From Vicugna vicugna (Eukaryota): a stretch of 46,993 nt of DNA. The stretch lies in assembly GCA_013265495.1 (NCBI GenBank), contig MU058475.1:496001-542993 (forward strand), written 5' to 3'. The first letter of the stretch is position 1, and every line of letters begins with the position of its first letter. This document shows, piece after piece, positions 24,318-36,097 of this stretch. Made by a program: the position numbers and the translations under genes. Under the pieces are notes generated by a model that did no database searches, was not told the DNA's origin, and saw only the letters and a program-made list of their open reading frames with translations.

Positions 24318-24959
24318 TGTTGACAGGTTCTTTTCTCGGTGCAGAAAGAATTCAAAGACAGGACGCGGAGGCTAAGACAGTAAAGTGAGGATTTATTAAG
24401 GGATGGACGGCACACTCTCAAAGGGAGAGCGGGCAGGCTCAGGTGAGCAGCTGCCCTGAGTTTCTTTGGCAAGTTGGATACTCGGGTGTAAAAATAAATG
24501 GGCGGAATGCACACTGGGGAGAGAAGGGGTCGTATTTGGGGTCATATTCCCTGATTTTCACCCCAGCTCCACCTTCCTTAGGGAAGGAAGGATTTTTGTC
24601 CCTATTTAGTCTGGATTGGAAGCGTCGCGGTTTCAGTGCATGATGGGTACCTCTAATCTGCAAGGCTAATTTTATTGTAATGAGGGCATCATGAGCAAAA
24701 GGTTGCATTCAGACACTGGAGATTCCTGCCTTTTCCCACCTTTCTTTGTCAGCCTCCAGGGCACTTGTCACCCCAAAATGTGTGACCACTTATCAGCCCA
24801 GAGGTTCCTGATTTTCTTTCCCTGTCCAGTGACCTCTGGAGCTTACATGAAGCATGGTTCCCTGTGTTTGGCCTGTGCCCTTCCTTTCTGCCCAATTCCT
24901 GCCATCTGGCCTGCATCCCCCTTTCTCTGCCCATATCTAGCTACCTGCTTGCTCTGGCA
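24318..24959 (-). mobile_element. ERV1 solo LTR, family F (642 bp)
   Basis: tgttgacaggttctt...ctctggca; TSD GTTT/ATTT; tttatt reverse poly(A) signal; retained CpGs. Confidence 0.8.
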
Positions 24960-25580
24960 ATTTGGAAGCTGGATTGCCCATCATGGGCCATTTTCCTCTG
25001 TCCCCTCCCTCCACCCTCAGGGCCCAGAGCCGTGAAGCATCCTCCAGGCCAGGTGGGAGCACAGGTGACACCGTGGAGCCAGCACCCAGACCCCAGACCC
25101 AGAGCGAGGAGCAGCAGGGCCCGAAGGCTAGGCGGGGTCCCGAGGCCAGGGGAGGGGTGGGAGGGGGTGGACAGAGGGGCTCCTTGTGGCTGAGGTGGCT
25201 GGAACCGGTGGCAGGAAGACTGTCCCGTCCTCCGAGCGTGGCTCTCCCAACCACCAGGCAGAGCGCTTCTGTGCTCCCTGTGTTAACCTCTGTTCTCCCC
25301 TCCAGAGGCTGCGCAGGTGGGCGCCTATCAACTGAAGGGTGTGCGGCGACTGGGGGAGGGGCTTCAGAGCACAGACCCTGAGGCCAGAGGGAGTGGGGCA
25401 CGGCAGGGACCTGCTTAGCGTGGGGAGCAGGGAGACAGGACAATGTAGCTGCCAGACGGGCTCCATTTTCGTGTGGAATAAGAGGCAAGGTTGTACCAGA
25501 AGATGTGAGAGAAATGATTGGGACAAGAAGGGTTGGAACCTGGCCAGGTCCTGCGCTGGGAGCCAGGTGAGGGCAGGAAG

Positions 25581-25836
25581 TGTTGCTGGAGAGTAAGTTC
25601 TTGCCTCACACAGGAAACAATTCAAGCTATTTTGGGGAAGGGGTGGGGATTTCTAGAAATTGCCCCCCCCCTTTTGGATCTTTCATGGCCAGCCTAGGAA
25701 CTGTCACGGCGCCTGCGGGTGTGCCCTGAGGCTCAAGGTCCACTGGGAGTTGAATGTCCCGCCATCTTGGTTGTAACCAGTGTGTCCTGTGCTCAGCTGC
25801 TGTGTCATTCCTTCAGTGGTCTTCCTTCCTGTCCCA
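25581..25836 (-). mobile_element. Short, probably internally deleted ERV1 solo LTR related to family E
   Basis: tgttgctgg...gtccca; perfect TSD GAAG (25577-25580/25837-25840); YY1-type cgccatcttg at 25760. Confidence 0.78.
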
Positions 25837-25840
25837 GAAG

Positions 25841-26046
25841 GACAGGCAAAGCGAGGAGGCCCAGCGGTGGGCCGTGTGGGGAGGGAGGAGGGCGGAGGAG
25901 CGGGGAGGGTGGGCCGCACTCCGCTGAGGGCGTGAAAAACGGCGCTGGAACCAAAGCCCCCGGGGAGGCCCGGACTGAAGACTTCGCCTCCGACTCCCGT
26001 TTCCCCCGGCGCCTCGGGAGACGTCACTCCCTGCAGGGAAGTTCCA
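25841..26046. promoter_or_regulatory. Small CpG-rich patch with GC-box, CRE-like and kappaB motifs
   Basis: Many CpGs in ~200 bp; agggcgga; gacgtca at 26020; GGGAAGTTCC at 26036-26045. Confidence 0.4.
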
Positions 26047-27910
26047 GCTTGGTGTCAGGGCCATCAGCTCAATTGCTTCAATTACAACTCTGTGACCTTC
26101 TGAAGTTTGGGGATTGATGGTTTGTGCGGTAGCCTCTCTGTAGATTGAAGATTCAGCCATTTCCTTTAAAATGTCACTTTTTCATTGATTTCCTCTTTGG
26201 AAACAGGGACGATCAATCGTGCTTTACTTGCCTTGGGGATGATAATGATCTGACGGGAAATGGCCTGGAGTTTAAAAAGTCAACATGTGTTTTAGGGCAT
26301 CAGGGTGAGATGACAGGCTCCCTAGGTCCCAACCTCCTCCTCCTCATTCAGCCACCTCACTGCCAGCAATGTTCCCATCCAGCCTGGGGTGGACTGAGTT
26401 AGAGGCTGTGGGGGGGGGGTTGGCCAGGAAGGGTGAAGGCTGTGTCAGGGAGGCTGCGGAGGGGGAGTTTTGATCCGCACGTGCCTCCTCCGACCTCGTC
26501 TAAGAGGCTGATTTCCCCGTCTCTCCGTCACGCCACCTTCCAGCGAGGACCACAGCTCTAAGCCCAACACCTTCGATTTACAAGCAAGTAAACTGAGACC
26601 CAGAAGGATGAGATGACTTCCGGAAGTCGTAAGACTGGCCAGTGCGGGAACAGAGAGAGGTGCCAGGCATTCTGGTCAGCTCCACGGTGGGACCAGCTCA
26701 ACCAGCCATGACAATCCTCCCTTACTCCTGCCCAGTGTTTAGAGGGGGATGAGGGCACAATGATGACTTGGGTTGTGCCTGTTTTATTTCCAAACCGAAA
26801 ACAAGTTGGGAGCAAGCATGTCTGAGCCCCTCTGCCCGCTCCCTGGCTGTAGGTGCCATTCACTCACCCCTCTGGGCTAATGGGTGTTCACCAGGACCTC
26901 GGTTTTGCCTTGAGAGCAAAGCAGCCCCCATGCGGCCCCCTCCTCAGAAACATGCGTTTTGTTCCCTGGAATCTTCTCCATCCTAAGAAGCTTCGAAGAT
27001 TCAGGGGCTTCAGGGAGCCAGGACCAGGACTTACAGCATGTGACAGGTCATAGCATCAGGCCCTGCTGTGTTTGTGATCTGGCCACCCGCGTTTGGCGTG
27101 GCCCTGGGACCTCTCCTGGGCTCACTGCAGGACCTGTCAGAAGTCTGCCCTGGGCGCTCTGCTGCTCACCAGCCTCCCAGTCTGCTCCCAGAACACAGCC
27201 CCGTCAGCGAGGTGAGCATCCACGGAAACCGAGGGAAGACTTGCTCATTCTCCTTGGGTCTGTCTTCAAGGGCAGTGGCTCTGCGCAGACGGAATCAAAG
27301 CCACACACGCAGGCAGACTCCTTGATCTGGCTGCAACCTGCCTGTTCCCACTTGGCTTTCCCCGCACCTCTCTCTCCCTCTCTTTCTTTCTTCTAACGTG
27401 TTCAGAGCTCTGTTCCGAGGCTTCAGGCACGCGTCACACATCTGTGCCTTGCGGCGTTTGCTCCTCCGCCTGATCCAGATCAAACACACAATAGACATTT
27501 GTTGAGCAAATAATTTTTTAAATGAGTGAGGGAATCCTGCGATTCCATCTGCCTGCAAGATCTCTTTCCTCATCCTTATAGATTTAAACTCCTCCCTCTG
27601 CTCAGACATCCTCTCCTCCTCAGAATTCATTTGACACCCCTTTCCAGCACAGCCTTGCACACAACCGGGGACACCCTTGGATGTCCTTGGATCCAGCACG
27701 AGGTTCCTGACACACAGCGTTGTTCAGTTTATGCAACCTCTTTCTAGACTGTTTCCTGTATAACCAGTCTCATCTAATGAAAATAACTAACATCTGCGGA
27801 GGGCTGCCGTGCTGACAACCCACTTGGGTTTGTTACCCAGGTGGTGCCTATAACAAATGTGATGGAGAGGGATGGGGTCCCTGTTGGCCAGATAAGAAAA
27901 CTGAGGCTCC

Positions 27911-28484
27911 GTTACAATAGCCAAGACATGGAAACAGCCTAAATGTCCATCAACAGATGACTGGATAAAGAAGATGTGGTATGTTTATGCAATGGAATAC
28001 TATTCAGCCATAAAACATGACAACATAATGCCATTTGCAGCAACATGGATGTCCCTGGAGAATGTCATTCTAAGTGAAGTAAGCCAGAAAGAGAAAGAAA
28101 AATACCATATGATCTCACTCATATGTGGAATCTTTAAAAACTAAAAACAAGAAGACAAATGAACTTAAATATAAAACAGAAACAGACTCACAAACATAGA
28201 ATACAAACTTGTGGTTGCCGGGGGGAAGAGGGGAGGGAAGGGACAGACTGCGAGTTCAAACTTTGTAGATACTGACAGGCATATAGAGAATAGATAAACA
28301 AGATTATACTGTATAGCACAGGGAAATACATACAAGATCTTGTGGTAGCTCACGGTGAAAAAGAATGCGACAATGAAAATATGTATGTTCATGTATAACT
28401 GAAAAATTGTGTTCTACACTGGAAATTGACACAACATTGTAAACTGACTATAACTCAATAAAATAAAATTTAAAAAAAGAAAGA
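27911..28484 (+). mobile_element. Young 5'-truncated L1 (ORF2 C-terminus, 3'UTR, poly(A))
   Basis: Open frame 27911-28144 VTIAKTWKQPKCPSTDDWIKKMWYVYAMEYYSAIK...HMISLICGIFKN*; perfect 17-bp TSD aagaaaactgaggctcc (27894-27910/28485-28501). Confidence 0.95.
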
Positions 28485-29302
28485 AAGAAAACTGAGGCTC
28501 CCGCAGGGAGTTGAAGATGATGAGACAGACCTTCCAGAGGCAGAATTCGCTGCCCCTTGCACTGGGCCAGGACTGATGGTCAGATTAAGCCTTGAAGGAC
28601 CCGAGGCAGGCATCGTAGCCCATTCTCAATGTCCGCATGGGGGTTTCACCAGCTTTCCTGCCTGCCTAGGACAGGGGTTCTGGGAGACGTGTGTGTTGAG
28701 GGGAAAGAGTCAGCTTGTTCGTTCTTCTCCAATAACCAGGTCCTCTCCAGCTCCTTCTTGATCTGCCTCCTAAGTTAACGCCCTCTGCTCCAAAGGTTTC
28801 TCCCAGCAGGAAGTTAAATTATTAGACACTTCGAAACGACTAATTATTCCAGTAAATATATTTTTTCCGTATTTGTGCATTATGCGAGTGGGTGGAAATC
28901 CTGGATTTCCATATTGTGTTGCTTGCTTCACCTGATTCAGTTTTAAATTAGGTTACATTTTGCATGAGTCAGATGGAAGGCAGAAATAAACTGGCTGTTG
29001 CGTGAATGCACTTGGGAGGCTCAGACTCGACAGCTGGATGGGGGAGAGGAGGACTAAAAGGACATTCGAATGGTATCCATTTATTTTGGCTTCTGTTGAG
29101 CCTCTCAGAAATGGGGGCTCCCAGACATGTTCTCTAGAACCATCCTGGGCCACATGCTGAGGAAGTCTGGTGAGTCCCCCAGAGTCTGGGGACCCAAGGG
29201 AGAGACCCGTCTCTCGGACAGCCCTCCGTTTGAGGGTTTGGGACAGTTAAATGCAAAGTCGCTGGGAGTGGCGACACCTTAGGGTATTACCAGTAATCCT
29301 TC

Positions 29303-29813
29303 TGTAACAGGGAAGAACAAATCTGACTTCATCTTAGATCTGTGCCTTTGGCTCTAACCCTGTGCTCTGTTTCCTGGGCTCAGCCCTGCTGGCTCTACAC
29401 CTTTTGTAAAAGAATGTTGCCCAGAGCCTGAAATACACAGGACAGCCCACTCTCCAGGCTCTGACCTTTCAGGGTATATCACTTTGCCATTCATATAGAG
29501 ATAACAAGTTGCAGAATAGAAAATAACACTTGTCTTGTGGGAGGTTTACAGTGACCTGACCTGCACAGACAGCTGCAAGAACAAAGGATTCCGACACCAA
29601 GAAGTTGCAGCCACCAACCACAACCTCTCCCCCTTTTTAGTATAAGAGGAGCCTGAATTCTGACTTGAGGAAGATGGTTCTCCAGGACATGAGTCCCCCA
29701 TCTTCTCCATCTGCCGCTTTCCAAATAAAGTCATTATTCCTTGCCCCAACACCTCGTCTCTGGATTCACTGGCCTGTCGTGCGGGGAGTAGAATGAGTCT
29801 GGACTCAGTAGCA
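29303..29813 (+). mobile_element. ERV1 solo LTR, family A copy 5
   Basis: tgtaacagggaagaac...ctcagtagca; TSD CTTC/CCTC; TATA-like box and AATAAA present. Confidence 0.9.
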
Positions 29814-30842
29814 CCTCTTTGCTTGCTCTCTGGCCTCGGTGGGAGGTGGAGTGGGGGGACAGTGACCCCGAGTTCTGCATGCCGGTCCACTTAGGCATAT
29901 CCAGTTCTCAGTGGTACCCAGCTTGCACCCCAGAAACTCTAAGAACTAGGCCCCAATTCTGTTTAACATTTTTTCAGGTTAAGCTTTTCCTTCAATGTCT
30001 TCATTCTGTGAAAGCTGTGGAGGTGGGGGAAAGTGTCTTGTGGTCCCTTCTCTTCCTAAAGTAATTTAAAGAAGGGCTACGCTTCCTGGCTTGTACTCCC
30101 CCCGGTGTCTTCCTGGACCTGCATTTGCAAGCCTCCGCCTACACACGCTGCCTCCAGAGAATCGCCTACTTCTCTAGAAGATTCCGTGTTTATTCACCCC
30201 AGTCTGCTTAACTGTCTGCTCCCTGGAGTTTCAAAGGCTTCCAGACTGGGATGGGGAACAGGGGTGAAATTCCGGTTCTTCCGTGCTCTGGGTGCCCCAG
30301 GAGGGCTGATCACCCTGTCAGCAACCTCAGGGGCTTCACAAGCCTGTGCCCAGCGGGGGGGTTATCTTTTTTCTCACCTGGCCACCAAATGGCCTGTTTA
30401 TCTCTCAGTCAACCTCACACCACAGTAATTTAAAGAAATCTCACTGTGACATATTGGCTAATGGAAGAAACAGACCCCAGTCTTCCTAACGCCGCCTCAA
30501 GGCTGAACTCCACCCTTACCCTTAGTTTAAGCTGTGCCCACATTTTACCCTTAAGAGCAAGAACTGCTCAGAATGAGTTACCTTCTTTCTTGTCCTGGTA
30601 TTTTGTTTGCTAATGCCCTGTTCTGCATCTCAGTCCCCCCAGTGTGACAGTGACCAGTCTGGTACAGGCACGTGTTGTGTCACTCACAATCTCTCTGAGT
30701 GCAGGGCCCCCTCCAACAAACTGTCACCCTGGCCTTGAAAGCACACACTTTTTTATTGCAAGGAGTCCCCAGCGAGCCAGGAAGCCCTCCAAAAACCCCC
30801 AGGGAAGACTTCGTATTGCTTAAGTCTTTCATAAGCCAAACC

Positions 30843-32890
30843 TTTTTTTCCTCCAGTTTTATTGAGACAGAACTGACATATAACACTGTATTAATCCAAG
30901 GGGTACAGCATCATGATTTGATATATTTATGTAATGTGAAATGATTGCCACAATAAATTCAGTTCACATCCATCACAGAGTTACACACTTTTTTCTTGTG
31001 ATGAGAACTTTTAAGTTCTCTTAGCAACATTCAAATCTGCAAGACAGTATTATTAACTATAGTCATCATGCTGTATATTACAGTCCCAGAATTACTTCTC
31101 CTATAACTGGAAGTTTATACCTTTTGACCACCTTTACCCATTTCCCTATACGCACACCCATTCTGGCAAACCATCAATCTGTTCTCTGAAACAATGTTTT
31201 ATTTTTTAAGGTTTCCCATGTAAGTGAGATCATACAGTATTTGTCTTTCTCGGTCGGACTTGTTTCACTTCGCATAATGCCCTCAGGTTCCACTCATGTC
31301 GTTGCAGGTGGCAGATTTCCTTGTTTTTATGGTGGAGTCACATTTCATTGTATATACATACGTGCCACATTTTCTTCGTCCAGCCATCCATCTATGGACA
31401 CTCAGGTTGCTTCCATGTCTTGGCTACCGTAAATAATGCTGCAGTGAACACAGGGGTGCAAATGTCTTTTTGAGACAGTGATTTCATTTCCTGCCTTTAA
31501 ATCCCCAGATGTGGCTTTGCTGGATCATATGGTAGTTCTGTGTCGAGGAACCTCCATACCGTCCTCCTTTGTGGCTGCACCAATTTACATTCTCTCCAAC
31601 AGCGCACAAGTGGTCGCATTTTTCCACATCCTTGCCAGCGCTTATTAGCTCTTATTTTTTTGATAGAAGCCATTCAAAGAGGTGTGAGGTGACATCTCGT
31701 TGCTCTGATTTGCGTTTCCCTGAAGTTCAGTGATGCTGAGCACCCTTTCACGTGTCTGTTGGCCATTTGGACGTCTTCCCTGGAAAAGCCTATTCAGTTC
31801 CGCTGCTTATTTTTTTAATCACATTGTTCGTTTGTTTGTTTCTGCTATTGAATTGTATGAGTTCTTCATCTTTTTGGCTATTAACCCCTTATCAGATACA
31901 TGATTTACAAATATTTTCTCACATTCAGAAGGTTCCCTTTTCATTTTCCTGGTGGTTTCCTTTGCTGTGCAGAAGCATTTTAGTTTGCCATAGTCCCACT
32001 TGTTTATTTTTGCTTTCGTTGCCTTTGCTTTTGGGGTCAAATCCACCCCCCCAAATCATTGCCAAGACCCATGTCAAGGGACTTACCCCTATGCTTTCTT
32101 CTAGGAGTTTTATGGTTTTAGGTCTTATATTCAGGTCTTTAATCCATTTTGGTTGATTTTTGTGTATGGTGTAAGATAGCCGTCCAGTTTCATTCTTTTG
32201 CATGTAGCTGTCCAGCTTTCCCAGAACCATTTATTGAAGAGAATGTCCCTTCCCCACAGAATATTTGTGGCTCCTTTGTTATAAATTAATTGACCGTGTA
32301 TGTGTGGGCTAACTTCTCGGCTCTCTATTCTGACCCATTCATCTGTGTGTGTATTTTACTCCAATACCACACTGTTTCATAATGAATGGATGTTGAATTT
32401 CGTCAAATGACTTTTCTGCACGTGGTTTTTATCCTTCATGTGTTAATGTGGTGTGTCACACTGATTGACTTGCACATATTGAGCCATTCTTGCATCTTTG
32501 GAATAAACCCCACTTGATCATGGTGTATGAGCCTCTTAATGTGTTGTTGAATTCAGTTTGTTAACGTTTTGTTGAGGATTTCTGCATCCATGTTCATGTA
32601 ATTTTCTTTTTTTGTGGTGTGTCCTTGTTTGGTTCTGGTATCCAAAATGCTGGCCTCATAAATTGAGTTTGGAAAGTGTTCCCTCCTCTTCTGTTTTTCA
32701 GAAGAGTTTGAGAAGGATTGTTGTTAATTCTCCTTTCAATGTTTGGCAGAATTCACCAGTGAAGCCATCTCATCCTGGACTTTCATTTGCTGGGAGGTTT
32801 TTGATTACTGAGGTAGTCTCCTTACCAGTTGGTCTGCTCAGATTTTCTTTTTCTCCATGTTTCAGGCTTGATAAGTTGTATGTTTCTGGC
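30843..32890 (-). mobile_element. L1 (L1MA9-like) 3' portion with an internal deletion near 32377
   Basis: Poly(T) then 3'UTR; ORFs 31819..32046 ([20 protein letters not shown]) and 31925..32230 ([18 protein letters not shown]) are ORF2 relics. Confidence 0.9.
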
Positions 32891-33214
32891 CAGATGACTG
32901 ATTTCTCTCTGACCTAATAGCTATTTTCTGCCAGGATCCTCCTAGGCTCCCAGGAGACTTCAAGGCTCTTTTTCTCCTCTGAACCTGAACTTTGCCTCAG
33001 AACTCTGGTTATTACTAACATATGGACATGGAAACTGAAATCTGCTCTCCATCCTTGACATAACCTCTTTAATGACTGGAAGGACTCTGTCACCATAGCC
33101 AGAGAAATGTATTTTAGTACCGTGTGACATAAAAGAGTAGTTTTTGCAGAGAGGCAGTATGTTATCCAGAAGGAAGGTAAAGGTATGAGTTAACCCTAGC
33201 TTATGATAAATTAA

Positions 33215-33360
33215 GGGGGAGGGTACAGCTCAGTGGTAGAGCGCATGCCTAGCATGCACGAGGTCCTGGCTTCAATACTCAATACACTTCCATTAAGAAA
33301 ATAAGGAAATAAATAAACCTAATTACCTACCCTCAACACAAAATTTTTTTTAAAAAAGAA
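33215..33360 (+). mobile_element. tRNA-derived SINE, camelid vic-1-like
   Basis: ggggagggtacagctcagtggtagagcgcatgcctagcatgcacgaggtcctggcttcaat plus A-rich tail. Confidence 0.85.
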
Positions 33361-33824
33361 CATATGTTGTGATTCCTAGGGTAACCACTAAAAGAACAGA
33401 AGCAGACTGCATAGCACCCCAACTAAGACAGGGAAATGTGACAGCCTGAGAGCCGGGGACTGAGCTCAAGTTGAACAAGAGGCCAGAATTCGGAGGTCAG
33501 AACACCAACAGGTAAACAGGGGAATGCGGTGCGCGGTAGCCGCGTTGCTCCCTGGGAAACACCAGGGGACTGGACAGCTGCAGCTTCCCTGGTCTCTGCT
33601 TATAAATACTTGACCCTCCCCCCCCACCTCTGGGTGTAGCACTGACAGCCAGACCGGCTTGTTCCTGGGACCCCAGATGCTTTCACCTAGACGGCTGCTG
33701 TTGGCCTCGGGGCAGGACTCTGCTCTCAGAAACAGTGTGACTTTTGGAGAAATTTTGAAGGGTCATTTGCCAAGGCTTATTTTCTCTTTTATTTTTATAA
33801 GATGTACTTATATCTTCACTTTTT

Positions 33825-33937
33825 TTTAATTAAAGGATGGTTGATAAACAACAAGGCCCTACTGTACGTCACAGGGAACGATATTCAATGTCTTGTAATA
33901 ATTTATAGTGAAAACAATATGAAAAAAAATGAATGTT
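33825..33937. mobile_element. Tiny L1 3'UTR insertion, apparently 5'-inverted
   Basis: gataaacaacaaggccctactgtacgtcacagggaac is L1 3'UTR on +; flanked by direct repeat tatcttcacttttt (33811-33824/33938-33951). Confidence 0.65.
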
Positions 33938-34184
33938 TATCTTCACTTTTTGACCCAGAGATTAGAACCCAGCTACCCCAACCCCATTAGCACCACCAAT
34001 GAGAAGACTAATTTTAGGAAATAATCCCTGATGGGACCAAATGATAGCTGCAGAGAGCCTGCCCAGCTCTACGTGCAGATATGACAGAGGGGACGGTTCC
34101 GACAAACGTCCAGCGACCAGTCACGACTCATGGGCGCTTGCACTCAGCCAGCTAAACCTTGCTCAGTGCCGACTATGTAACATG

Positions 34185-34370
34185 GTAACAGTTAGCATTT
34201 ACGGAGCACTAACTCTGCTCCAGACACAATTCCAAGCACATTACATTTGATCCTCCCCAAAAAACCTACAAAGCAAGTCTTATTATCATGTCCATTTTAT
34301 GGATGGAAAAACTGGGGCGCAGAGAGGTTAAATAATGCGCAATAGAGTAAAGGGGCAGACCTGGGGTTAA
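34185..34370 (-). mobile_element. MIR
   Basis: tagcatttacggagcact...ccattttatggatggaaaaactggggcgcagagaggttaaataa. Confidence 0.7.
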
Positions 34371-34779
34371 TCATGGACTCCCTGGCATTGCCCCCTTAGT
34401 GTCCTCCCCTCTGGACACACCACGTCTCCCAGGGCCGTCTCTGCCTTCAGCAAGCTTCTGGTTTAGCAAGGAAGTAAGCTGGCAACTCTACACCAGACAG
34501 GCAGGATGAAAATTACAAAAGAGTAATAGGTGGTGTAAGAGGAGGAGAGAGATCATCAACAATAAAAAAAGGGAAAGGATTACGAAGGAGAAGGAGGATT
34601 TATTTCATCAAGCCCGCCCATGAATTCCAGCCGTCAAGCGCCCTGTGTGAAGGGATGGGGCGCGCATGCCAGGTTGGAAACAGTGTGAGCAGAGGCGTAG
34701 ATCAAGTAACCACGTTGTGTTTGGGAAATGGCCAGGAAAGCTGGTTTGCCTGGAATGTAATAGTAGAAACACCGATGAC

Positions 34780-34995
34780 AGTGATGAAAAATGCAATTCA
34801 TACTTCCCATGCAGCGGGCACAAGTCTAAGCACTTTGCACTGACTTATTTAGCCCTCGCCACAGCCCCATGACGTGGGTGCTGTTGTATCTACATTTTTA
34901 AAATGAGGAAGCAAAGGCCGACACGGACAATTACTTGCATGAGGTCAGAAGGCTGGATGTAAGCCAGGTTCAAATCCAGGCAGACCGGCTCCTGC
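34780..34995 (-). mobile_element. MIR
   Basis: ctaagcactttgca...cattttta aaatgaggaagcaaaggc...ttcaaatccaggcag. Confidence 0.65.
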
Positions 34996-35039
34996 AGTGT
35001 GCTGCCCGCCTCTCCTCTGGAGGATTAGTGGAGCGTGAG

Positions 35040-35205
35040 TGAGAGCCACTTAGGAAAAGAGCCCGTGCTTCACAGACCTGGGTTCAAATACCCATTTATT
35101 AGTGATGTGACCTTGGGCAAGTGATGTTTCCATAGTTATAAAATGAAGACAGTACCACCTGCCTTGGACCGCTGTGAGGACTGGATAATGTGTGTAAAGG
35201 ACCCG
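35040..35205 (+). mobile_element. MIR
   Basis: cagacctgggttcaaatacc...tgtgaccttgggcaagtga. Confidence 0.7.
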
Positions 35206-35399
35206 ATATGTACAACTGGAAGAAGGGTCTTGGGATGCTCGGTTTGGGAATAAACAGGCGATTCAGTACATGCTCTTAAAGGCCTTCTGCAAATGACAGG
35301 GTTGCAGCTGAGCGTGAAGAAAAATCATTGGAAAGTTTATTGGATGCCCAGGCTCTTAATTGGAATGTCCTAGACCTTCCAAGGAGTTTCAGAATCTGA

Positions 35400-35830
35400 G
35401 GTTTATCTTGTCAAAAATTACGGTATACCATCCAGGAATGCATCCTACAGAAACAGAGGCAAGCTAAAGGTAAATACACAAGGATGTATTATTTATAAGC
35501 AAATAAACAGGAACAACTCAAACATTTTTCAAAAAATAGGGTCTGGGTTGTATAAATGATGCAAGACATATGATGGAATGTTATAAAGACATTTAAAATA
35601 TGGTTATGGAGGACTATGTGATGACTAAAAGCTCCTGGTGACTTATTAAAAGCAGCAGGTTATGGAGCAGTATATACAGCATGACCACATAAACATATAA
35701 ATCCATGTACATGTTCATAAAAAACTGAAAAGCCATAAACTGATGTTGACAGTAATTCTTCACCAGTGGAGATATGGGTGTTAATTGGTCTCTTCTTTGT
35801 AAGTATTTTCCATTTTCCAAATTTGCAAAG
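35400..35830 (+). mobile_element. Ancient L1ME-like 3' end
   Basis: atacacaaggatgt, aggaacaactcaaacat, atgatggaatgttat, aaaagcagcaggttat. Confidence 0.5.
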
Positions 35831-36097
35831 GGAATGTTTATTACTTTTTATATTAAAAGGTGGTTATATATGTTTTAATATGTTTCAAAACCTTGGATAC
35901 ATAGCTTTAATTGGGAAACTTTCAGTAACAATAATAAAGCCACCGGAGGGAAAGTGATTCTGAAACATATGTCTGGTCAGCTTGGCAGGTGCCCGGGTGT
36001 TCTGTTTTCCTTTTATACTTTTGTACTACGTTTGTTATTTCTGTTTTTAGGGAAGGGATTCAGAATATGAAAAAAATTTTAGATAAATAAGTTAGGT

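Noticed and set aside
23779..26160. Several 130-198 aa ORFs
   Set aside because: Low-complexity GC-driven ORFs crossing LTR boundaries, with no recognisable domain.
21602..29813. Same-orientation family A LTRs 7.2 kb apart as a full provirus (likewise 5580/14174 and 7282/16235)
   Set aside because: Each LTR has its own TSD, there is no PBS or polypurine tract, and the interval holds host repeats rather than gag/pol/env.
33215..33290. tRNA gene
   Set aside because: The tRNA-like head continues into a SINE body and A-tail, the B box is degenerate, and a second copy lies at 4835.
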